Assembly: GCA_009914755.4 (NCBI GenBank)
Contig: CP086569.2
Coordinates: 18,464,001-18,528,000, forward strand
Direction: 5' to 3'
From: the human T2T-CHM13v2.0 reference genome, Homo sapiens
Length of the DNA stretch: 64,000 bases
Shown: one piece after another, positions 54,740 through 64,000 of the stretch
Position numbering within the stretch: the stretch's first letter is position 1
Layout of the letters: each line of letters begins with the position of its first letter
The notes under the pieces: generated by a model
What the model saw: the letters and a program-made list of their open reading frames with translations, nothing else
Told to the model about the DNA's origin: nothing
The model's database searches: none
Position numbers and translations under genes: made by a program

Positions 54740-55290
54740 AGAAGCTACACATTCCGTACCATCCGCAGTCTTCTGGAACAGTGAACACACCAATGGCCTT
54801 GTGAAAGAACACCTAATCAAATTGGCTCTTGAGACACGCCAATCATGGATAATCTTACTTCCCTTTGCCCTCGCGCGGCTCCAGGCAGCACCCTGAAGCC
54901 CCACAGGCCTTAGCCCCTTTGAACTCCTATACGGGCGCCCCTTCCTCTTTCAAGAGCTCCCTGTGAATACCCCACCTTTTGGCACATACCTGCCCTGCCT
55001 CACCCTGTTAAGGGAGTTGCTAAGAGAACATGCCAACCACAGCCTTCCAAAGCCCGGACGACTCAGCCCAGACAGTCTGGCCTAATAACCCCAGGAGATC
55101 AGGTACTAGTAAAAGACCTCCAGGCAAGAGGTCTCTCCCAACAGTGGAAAGGCCCCTATACGGTAATTCTTACAACACCAGTGGCAGCTAAACTTATAGG
55201 CCTTCCCTCCTGGTACCATATTTCCCATCTTAAGAGGGCACCTACACAACATCAGGCCACTTGGACTGTCACCTCCCTCTCCCCAACCAA
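54740..55290 (+). pseudogene. Integrase C-terminal remnant; RT/RNase H and most of IN (~2.5 kb) are deleted
   Basis: The decayed translation ..pYHPQSSGtV.., LSPFELLYGRPFLFQELP and ..QWKGPYTVILTTPVAAKLIGLPSWYHISHLKRA matches the motifs YHPQSSGQVER, PYELLYGRP and WKGPY.VLLTTPTA.K..G...WIH...LK of gamma-type integrase. The pro-to-env distance is only ~0.75 kb. Confidence 0.65.
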
Positions 55291-55317
55291 ACTGAAACTC
55301 TCTAAATCAAATACTGC

Positions 55318-57000
55318 ATGAATTCTCTGCATGACAGGCTCCAACAATTTATGCAGGTTCTTTTCGAGGAAAGCTGGTCATTCCCTAGTTTTGCTAACAC
55401 CCTTCGCTGGCCTGAAAATCTGTTGTCCTATATAGACGAACTGGTGTGGCAAGGCTCCCTCCAGAACTTTCACCAACATGAAGTTCGCTTTGACAAGCCC
55501 CCTCTCAGACTCCCTCTCACTGGGTTTTTTTCCCTCACTGAGAATTGGAGTTCCGGACAGGCAGTCTCCTCTAGACTAGTAGCCACAGCAGCATGCCTGC
55601 CAGCAGGGTGCCAGGCACCCATAGCTTTCCTAGGTCTAAAATTATCTTCCCTAGGCCCAGCTAGAAAAAAACCCTGCACTTTGCTTCCTGTATGATCAAA
55701 GTAACTCCAAATACAATACCAGCTGGGCCAAAGAAAATGTAGGCTGTCCGTGGCACTGGTGCAATATCCATGAGGCATTAACTCGTACTGAAAAAGGATC
55801 TGACCCAATGTTCTATGTCAATACCTCCACTGGAGGATGGGATGGCTTTAACGGATTTAACCTCCAAATCTCTGACCCTTGGGACCCCTGCTGGGCCTCC
55901 AGTGTAGATGGAGGACTATATGAGCACAGAACTTTTATGTATCCAGTAGCTAAGATCCGCATTGCCAGGACGCTTAAAACCACTGTCACATGTTTATCCG
56001 ACTTAGCCTCCTCAATCCAGTCAGCCAAGAAAGAGCTTGCCACCCAGCTTCAACTGGCAGCTGACCAGGCCAAGTCCTCCCCCTTCTCATGGTTAACTTT
56101 AATCTCAGAAGGTGCACAATTGCTCTAATCCACAGGGGTACAAAACCTCTCCCACTGCTTCCTCTGTGCAGCCCTGAGAAGACCTCCCTTAGTAGCAGTT
56201 CCTCTCCCTACCCCCTTTAATTATACAAGAAATTCATCCACCCCTATACCACCGATCCCAAAAGGACAGGTCCCACTATTCTCAGCCCCTACAAGACACA
56301 AGTTCCCGTTCTGTTACTCTACTCCAAATGCCTCTTGGTGTAACCAGACCAGGATGCTTACCAGCACCCCAGCACCTCCCGGAGGCTACTTCTGATGTAA
56401 CTCCATGCTAACTAAAGTTCTTAACTCAACTGGTAATCACACCTTGTGCTTATCCATCTCTCTCATCCCTAGCCTGACCCTATATAGTCAGGACGAACTT
56501 AGCCATCTGCTAGCCTGGACCGAGCCAAGGTCGTGAAATAAAAGCAAATGGGCTATTTTCCTACCCTTAGTACTAGGCATCTCCTTAGCCTCCTCCTTAG
56601 TGGCATCAGGGCTAGGAAAAGGAGCCCTCACCCACTCAATCCAAACATCTCAAGATCTGTCTACTCGCCTGCAGTTGGCCATTGAGGCATCAGCCGAGTC
56701 CCTGTCCTCCCTACAGTGACAGATCACTTCAGTAGCACAGGTCACGGCAAAGAACAGGTGGGCCTTAGACTTGCTTATGGCAGAAAAAGGAGGGACGTGT
56801 TTATTGTTACAGGAAGAATGCTGCTATTATCTCAATGAGTCAGGGGTAGTTGAGACCAATTTACAAACTTTAAAAAAAAAAAAGATCCAAGAGGAGTTAA
56901 AACACTCCTACGACCCTCTCTGCCCTGGTCTTTCTGGTAGTTTTCACCCGTGGTTCAACAGATGCTCCCTTTCTTTATCCCAATTATAATTCTCTGTATA
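55318..57000 (+). pseudogene. ERV env relic (SU and TM), interrupted by stops and frameshifts
   Basis: ORFs 55318..55695 and 55808..56128 belong to SU. The TM region around 56560-56990 encodes ..WAILLPLVLGISLASSLVASGLGKGALTHSIQTSQDLSTRLQLAIEASAESLSSLQ.QITSVAQVTAKNRWALDLLMAEKGGTCLLLQEECCYYLNESGVVETNLQTLKKK. This is a gamma-type immunosuppressive domain and CX6CC motif, comparable to [28 protein letters not shown]. Confidence 0.75.
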
Positions 57001-57189
57001 ATATGTGTTTTGCCCCAATTCTAGTACAGTTTCTCCACCAGCGGATACAAGAAATCACGAGGGTCGCTTTCAACCAGATATTACTTCACCCCTACATCCA
57101 ACTGCCAACCTCTGATTTAGGCCCCCTCCCCAACGATGCCCCTTAACAGCAGGAAGTAGCCAGACGATTTTGTCATCCCTTTTCTATAA

Positions 57190-57206
57190 CCAAAAAGAGG
57201 TTGGAC
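57190..57206 (+). promoter_or_regulatory. Polypurine tract immediately 5' of the 3' LTR
   Basis: ccaaaaagaggttgg directly precedes tgattggactcc. Confidence 0.6.
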
Positions 57207-57207
57207 T

Positions 57208-57547
57208 GATTGGACTCCAGTGAAGACTCCAAGATGGCGATCGCCACCTCGGATACTCTGACTCTGCATTTCCGGGTTCACCTTTCCTGTTCCCACCACC
57301 CCGACTAACGCGCATGCCCACTAGGGCATGTCACACTCAGAAGGGCAAAACTCAACCGACCCTGCCCCTTCCCCGCCCACTCCTCACCCAGCATCCATAA
57401 AAGCACACTGCACCTTTGGTACAGCATGACTTCCCTGGCCTTCCCCCTGCGGACCAGTGAACCTCGCCCGAGAGCTCAATAAAGAAGATTTTTGCCCTCT
57501 TTGTCTCGCCTCTCGGCCTTATTGATCCATGGTGCCCTTCCATTGCA
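57208..57547 (+). repeat. ERV 3' LTR
   Basis: See the parent feature. Confidence 0.8.
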
Positions 57548-58107
57548 GGGCTGTGGGAGCACAGCAGAACGCCACTCAGGGAGAGGACAGGACTGCACGA
57601 GGTGGGACGCAGGGATCCCCACTGCTGGCCCAGCCACCATCTTGTGGCCACAGGGGACTGACAGCCACGCTGCACAGGAGACTTGGAGCTGACCGTGGAG
57701 AGGCCAGTCCTGCCGGTTTTACAGGCTGCTCTCTTCTCTTGGGATGCCAAACCCCCATACTCTCCATTTCACAGCTTGCAGGATGTCCTGGTATCTTAGC
57801 TATGCGTTGGCAAGTACCTGCAGATTACAGGGCTATTAACAGAGACTGTGAGGAAGTCACCTGGAGCTCCCAACGTGGAGAAGGCGGAAGAGGAGAGATA
57901 GTTGCCAAGTTCCCAGCGCAAGGGAGAGAAAAAATTCCCGCCAAACACCAGAAGCCACGCCCTCCCTTCCTCTCCAACTGCTTGCCTGATTGGACGGTTC
58001 CCACGCCACTGCCAAGGATTAGATAAAGTTCCAGGGCCCACCCACTCCCGCCCCTACCCCCACTCCTGCCCCTACCCCCACTCCCCCTCAACCTTAGTGC
58101 CTTTCTG

Positions 58108-58145
<38 letters not shown>

Positions 58146-59019
58146 TCTGGGATACATGTGCAAAACGTGCAGGTTTGTTCCATAGGTTTACATGTGCCAT
58201 GGTGGTTTGCTGCACCTATCTCAAACTCCCGACCTCAGGTGATCCACCCCTCCACCTCCCAAAGTGCTGGGATTGCAGTCATGAGCCACCGTGCCCCTCT
58301 GCTGCACCTATCAACCCACCATCTCTGTTTTAAGCCACACACACTTTAGCTATTTCTCCTAATGCTCTCCCTCTTCTTGATGCCCATTCTCAGACAGGTC
58401 CGTGTGTGATGTTTCCCTCCTTGTGTCCATGTGTTTTCACTGTTCAACTTCCACTTATGAATGAGAACATGTGGTGTTGGATTTCCTGTTCCTGTGTTAG
58501 TTTGCTAAGGATGATGATTTCCAGTTTCATCCATGACCCTGCAAAGGACGGGAACTCATCTTTTTATGGCTACATAATATTCTGTGGTGTATATGTGCCT
58601 AATTTTCTTTCTCCAGGCTATCATTGATGGGCGTTTGGGTTGGTTCCAAGTCTTTGCTATTGTAAACAATGCTGCAATAAACATACGTGTGCATGTGTCT
58701 TTATAGTAGAACGATTTATAATGCTTTGGGTATATAACCAGTAATGGGATTGCTGGGTCAAATGATATTTCTGTTTCTAGATCCTTGAGGAATTGTCACA
58801 CTGTCTTCTACAATGTTTGAACTAATTGACACTCCCACCAACAGTGTAAAAGTGTATCTATTTCTCCACAGCCTCACCAGCATCTGTTGGTTCCTGACTT
58901 TTTAATAATTGCCATTATAACTGGCATGAGATGGTATCTCATTGTGGTTTTGATTTGAATTTCTCTAACGACCAGTGAAAATGAGGTTTATGTTTTTTGG
59001 TCACATAAATTTTTTTTTT

Positions 59020-59305
59020 ATTATTTATTTATTTATTGAGACAAAGTCTTGCTCTGTTACCCAAGCTGCAGTGCAGTGGCAGGGTCTCAGCTCACTGCAA
59101 TATCTGCTTCCCAGCTTCAAGTGATTCTCCTGCCTCAACATCCTGATAAGCTGGGATTACAGGGGCCCACCCAAAGACCCAGCTAATTTTTTGTATTTCT
59201 AGTACAGACGAGGTTTCACCATGTTGGCCAGGCTGGTCTCATGATCCTCCTGCCTCAGCCTCCCAGAGTGCTGGGATTACAGGCCCGAAACACCTCACTC
59301 AGCCA
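59020..59305 (-). mobile_element. Alu nested in the minus-strand L1
   Basis: attgagacaaagtcttgctctgttacccaagctgcagtgcagtggcagggtctcagctcactgcaatatc...gctgggattacaggcccgaaacacctcactcagcc. Confidence 0.8.
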
Positions 59306-59671
59306 AATGTCTTATTTTGAGAAGAGTCTGTTAATATCCCTTGCCACTTTCTCATGGTTTTCTTTTCTTTTTTTTTTCTTGGGAACTTATGTTCCTTCTA
59401 GATTCTGGATATTAGACCTTTGTCAGATGGATAGATTGCAAAAATTTTCTCCCATTCTGTAGGCTGCCTGTTCACTCTGATGACAGCTTCTTTTGCAGTG
59501 CAGAAGCTCTTTAGTTTAATTAGATCTCATTTGTCAATTTTTCTTTGTTGCAATTGCTTTCGGTGTTTTAGTGATGAAGTCTTTGTCCATGCCTATGTCC
59601 TGAATGGTATTGCCTAGGTTTTCTTCCAGGGTTTTTATGGTTTGGGTTTTTACATTTAAGACTTTAATCCA

Positions 59672-59975
59672 GCCAGGTGCAGTGGTTCACACCTGTAACC
59701 TGAGCACTGTAGGAGGCTGAGGCAAGCAAATCACAAGGTCTGGAGTTTGAGACCAGCCTGGCCAACATGGTGAAACTCCGTTTCTACTAAAAATACAAAA
59801 AATTATCTGGATGTAGTGGTGGGCACCTGTAATCTCAGCTGCTTAGGAGGCTGAGGCAAGAGAATTGCTAGAGAGGTATTTCCCTTTCTATTTGAAAATG
59901 GAGTTTCAGTGAGCCGAGATCAATCCACTGGACTCCAGCCTGGACAACAAAGTGGGACTCCATCTCAAAAAATAA
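59672..59975 (+). mobile_element. Alu nested in the minus-strand L1; it carries a ~30 bp non-Alu patch at 59868-59900
   Basis: ccagccaggtgcagtggttcacacctgtaacctgagcactgtaggaggctgaggcaagcaaatcacaaggtctggagtttgagaccagcc... Within the right arm, the expected tgaacccgggaggcggagg is replaced by agagaggtatttccctttctatttgaaaatgg. Confidence 0.8.
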
Positions 59976-60349
59976 CCCGTGAAACAAAAATCTTTAATCC
60001 ATCTTGAGTTAATGTTTGTATAAGATGTAAGGAAGGGATCCAGTTTCTGTTTTCTGCAAATGGCCAGCCAGGTTTTTCAGCACGATTTGTTAAATAGGGA
60101 TTTTTTTTTCCCCTTTGCTTGTTTTGGTAAGGTTTATTAAAGATCAGATGCTTGTAGATGTGTGGTGTTATTTCTGAGATGTCTGTTCTGTTCCATTGGT
60201 CTGTATATCTGTTTTGTACCAGTAGTTGTTGTTTTGTATAGTTGTTTTGGCTGCTATAGCTTTGTAATATAGTTTGAAGTTGGCTAGCATGATGACTCAA
60301 GCTTTGCCATTTTTGCTTAGGATTGTCTTGGGTGAACAGGCAAACAGGC

Positions 60350-60445
60350 TCAAATAGTTGGAGTCACATGCCCAGAGTATCACAGCTAATTAAGAAGTGA
60401 GCTGAGACTTGAAATGCACTTGTTCTTTCCCTTTCCTGAGTCTGT
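60350..60445. mobile_element. Possible MIR-like fragment
   Basis: agtcacatgcccagagtatcacagctaattaagaagtgagctgagacttgaa has a weak resemblance to the MIR consensus. Confidence 0.3.
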
Positions 60446-61183
60446 TGTATAATGCATCTTAGCAGCTATTTAAAGGTAGGAAGTAGAACATTTGGAAACC
60501 TTTTTCACAACTTTTTAAGCATTTTGATAAGCAGGAAAGACCCTTGTCCCATCCCTGAGCCCCTCTCTCACAACACTGCACCCCACTGCTGACCACATCG
60601 TGAGGTGGCCATTAGGAATCAGGCAGGAAGCCAGGGCTGGGAATAAATAAGCAGGAATTATATTGCCCAAATTTGCTCATCTAAGAAAGGCTCCTCAACC
60701 ATACTGTGTGAGGAGGTTATTCCAGGGTAGTTGTGCCCTGACTGTGCTGCATCTCAGGCTGACTTCTGTTTTTGAAAATCACTGTATTACTCTTATTAAC
60801 GGGGGTAATTCTCTTTCTATTTGAAAATGACCGACTGTCCTCTGCAGGTGTCCTGATTTGATTTGCTAGTTTAGATTCTGAAGGTAGTGGTGAGAAAATA
60901 TTCGGGCCACATTTAGAATATCTCATTCTCAGCTGGAGGACATATAGAAATTTCTTAATATCTAACCGTTTTCTCAATAACCATTATATTTAACTGTGAT
61001 AGCTTGGAGGGCAGGGCTGGACACAGATGACACAATCTTCAAAGTTTAATTTGGTTGTATTTTTTTGTTTCATTTTGTTTGGATTTTGGATACTAGGTCT
61101 TGCTCTGGTGCCCAGGCTGGAGAGTGGTGGTGCACTCATAACTCATAATTTGATTGTAATGGTTCTTTAAATAACATATTTTT

Positions 61184-61721
<538 letters not shown>

Positions 61722-64000
61722 TCACACTACACCTGCTGGGATACGACTGTGTACTCTTTTTTTAAAAATAAAATCTTTCACCTAAGAGAAGGAGAGGAGA
61801 AAATGAGGGTTTCACATTCAAAGACTTCATTTTCTTTTTTTTTCTTTATGAAACAACAGCCGCTTGTCATTTGAGTTGTCCAAAGGTGACTGACAGCACT
61901 AATACACTTAAGGAATCAACCAAAGAAAATAGGCCTCTCAGGTGAGGAGGAGGCACAATGGTAACTAAACCCAATCCATTCTCAGCTTTGCATGGTGAAG
62001 GCATCTCAAGAAGTGGTGTTAGCCATGTGAGCCGTGTTCACTGGACAAGGCCAAGGGAAAGGAATTTCTAAGACATAGAGCACTCTCTAAACACTTCAAA
62101 AGACATTCAGCTATACACATGGCTGATGACCTGCCTGCTCTGCAGAGGGATTGCTGAGCATCAGCCACCAGCTGTAAAAGCTGTAAACTCTTCCTCTCAT
62201 AGGGACAGGCCACCCCCACACACCTCCCCCACCGCGAGCCCATAGGCTCCGGTAGTAAGGTTCACCTGGGGGACTGCCTTCCTCCCATCTCATTAGCTCT
62301 CCAAGAGTGTCCAGATGACTCTAAAACCTAGCCCCACAGCCTGGCACCTCTCCCCCACCTAGCCTTCACACTGGCCTTTTCTCTTCTGTCACCAGTGTCA
62401 GGTGATGTTCACCAGAGCTACAGTCATGAGTCTGGTAAACGACAGGTGAGTAAACTCCACCTGAGTGCCTGTTAGTCCACCCTCTTATCACCCACACAAA
62501 TGACATTATAAGCATAATTTTACCTTTGATCTAATTTATACATATTCTTCTTTTCATAAGATTACTGACAACAGCCCTCACAACCAAATGAGTCTGGGTT
62601 ACAGAACACACGGGCGAGGCTGGTGTGGCAGGTTTCACTTACTTTATTCCAATGTGAAATGAAAATGTGATGGTTTAGAGACAAGAAAAAGTTATTTATC
62701 AAGTGTGGAGTTGCTGCACTTGCCAGTTCACCCTCACTTCCTTTGAAACAAGGTATCTGAACAGGCCATATTCAAAAGTAGCTCTTTGCAAAACCCCAGA
62801 CAGAAGCCCCAGTCAGACACAGCTTCCTCAGGCTCAGAGGGCGGCAGCCTCCTCCTCCATGTTGGGCTCTGCCAACAGGAAAGGGAAAGAGCACAGACAG
62901 GACTGACAGGGAGTAGCCCAGGGTCTTAGGGATCCCCAAACTTGCCAAACCTGGTCTCTGCAGACGGGGCTGTGTGGCAAGGATCAGGAAGGGAGCTGGG
63001 CTCCACACAGAGGTGACAACCACTCCTGTATCTCTAAATTTCCACCAGGATCCATGATCCAGCCCTGCTTTCCCCCAGGCCCTTCACCTCCCCCCCGCCC
63101 CCCCACACACTGTGCGTTAGGCAGCTCAGGTCAAAATGGCAGAAGAATACATTCAGATTGTAGCTTTCAGGTATTCCCATCTGGCATGCAAGGAGTAGGG
63201 AGGCAAGTCAGGGCCTGTGGTGGTGCCTCTTGCTATGTCTGAGGGCAGGCGGGCCAGAGTTGGGCACATGGATGTCTACATGACCACCATTGCTGACTCC
63301 CTGCCCATCACTCAGAGCTGCAACCAGCCCAGGCCTATCACGATTAACAAAACCACTGCAGCTCTCATCATGTCACAAAACTAATGTGCACCCAGTGCCA
63401 GCCCTACACAGATCTCTGGCTTCCTATTCCAGGACACAGAAAAGCCTCCTATCTTTGCTATTTAAAATCCAGATTTTAAGCCATATTGAGCCTGGGGATA
63501 GTGGCAGCAAAAGCAGCAGCCAGATGTATACACTCCAGGTGTATATACTCATGGCTTGGGCACGTTCCACAGTTGTTGGAGGATGAGGCCTGAGAGGCAC
63601 CTGTTTCTCAGCTGCTAACTGATGTCCACACACTCCATTCATGTGTCTTCATGTAGGCCTCTGCATCAAATATTCATTGAGCCATTGCAAACATATCTTT
63701 TTGGAGGCATCGTTAATTGCAGCACCAGCCCCCACTTGTTCTAGAGGCAGTCAGGAGCAATCTGGTCAGCTCCTAATCCCCTAGGACAAAGGTGCTGTCC
63801 TCTTGCCAGTGGTCACATCCAGCAGCACCATCTCAGGATGTTTTTTTCAAACACAAGCAGTGTGAGGTAGCAGGCATGGCATGACAGGCTCAGGACCATG
63901 GGCAGCTGACTGCTGGAGAAGAAGCACAGTGCAGATGCATCTGTGGGTGGTGCCATAACAAGCCAATGCAGCCACAGCCCCTGCCCCCCCCACAACCCCA

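Larger units (their letters stand above)
52288..57547 (+). mobile_element. Class I (gammaretrovirus-like) endogenous retrovirus provirus of ~5.3 kb with paired LTRs and a tRNA-Phe primer-binding site; HERV-F/H-like. Gag, pro and env are decayed and RT/RNase H is deleted
   Basis: Two ~340 bp direct repeats at 52288-52631 and 57208-57547 are more than 90% identical (tgattggactcc.gtgaagactccaagatggcgatcgccacc..ggcatgtcacactcagaag.gcaaaactcaaccgaccc.gcccct..agctcaataaag..tttgccctctttgtctcgcctctcggccttattgatcca.ggtg.ccttcc.ttgc). The PBS follows the 5' LTR and a purine tract precedes the 3' LTR. Internal gag, NC zinc knuckles, a protease DTGA-like motif, an integrase C-terminus, and env SU/TM with an immunosuppressive-domain motif are all present (see sub-features). 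Confidence 0.85.
58105..60340 (-). mobile_element. L1 (L1PA-like) 3' ~2.2 kb on the minus strand, with two nested Alu insertions
   Basis: A T29 run is followed by aaattaagttctgggatacatgtgcaaaacgtgcaggtttgttccataggtttacatgtgccatggtggtttgctgcacc, the reverse complement of the L1 3' end ..acctgcacgttgtgcacatgtaccctagaacttaaagtataat. The minus-strand ORF 59965..60300 (..[43 protein letters not shown]..) is the L1 ORF2 C-terminus. Confidence 0.85.

Noticed and set aside
59868-60830. An 18 bp string, tctttctatttgaaaatg, shared between the odd non-Alu patch inside the Alu at 59868-59900 and unique sequence at ~60800
   Set aside because: It is a single short match in AT-rich sequence. It is most likely chance or a small local patch repair and is too weak to support a duplication or gene-conversion claim.

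Overview
This window is primate genomic DNA, almost certainly human or hominoid, not a prokaryotic locus. I count about 55 Alu copies or fragments, plus young L1PA elements, a HERV9-type LTR12 and a gammaretrovirus-like ERV provirus. I find no convincing host protein-coding gene and no prokaryotic-style system. Every long ORF in the track is explained by satellite periodicity, trinucleotide repeats, L1 ORF2 remnants or ERV gag/env relics. The ORF tool also translates alternative start codons as M (for example GTG at 53038), so a leading M is not evidence of a start.

Layout of the window:
- 1-2940: two diverged copies of a ~1.9 kb GC-rich tandem unit, each carrying a 5S rRNA-derived pseudogene (402-517 and 2312-2430).
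- 2941-9817: about 34 monomers of a ~200 bp GC-rich, CpG-containing satellite. Three short blocks are strand-inverted and no transposon interrupts the array.
- 9.8-21.6 kb: a patchwork of paralogous low-copy segments, Alus and purine-rich tracts, evidently produced by local duplication.
- 21.9-23.2 kb: a minus-strand fragment derived from the 3' end of 28S rRNA and the downstream ETS/terminator region.
- 23-32 kb: Alu-dense, AT-rich DNA.
- 32317-35068: a young L1PA insertion with the twin-priming 5' inversion, flanked by a 14 bp target-site duplication.
- 36785-37355: a ~570 bp compound (CAY)n trinucleotide array.
- 38963-39940: a solo LTR12.
- 44.4-51.4 kb: several old L1 fragments with nested Alus.
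- 52288-57547: a ~5.3 kb class I ERV provirus with paired LTRs, a tRNA-Phe primer-binding site (HERV-F/H-like), frameshifted gag, pro and env, and pol almost entirely deleted.
- 58105-60340: a minus-strand L1 3' portion carrying two Alu insertions.

5S-derived repeats, a GC-rich satellite, an rDNA fragment and duplication mosaics together are typical of pericentromeric or acrocentric short-arm sequence; that placement is inference. All coordinates are read by eye and are approximate to within about 10 bp.
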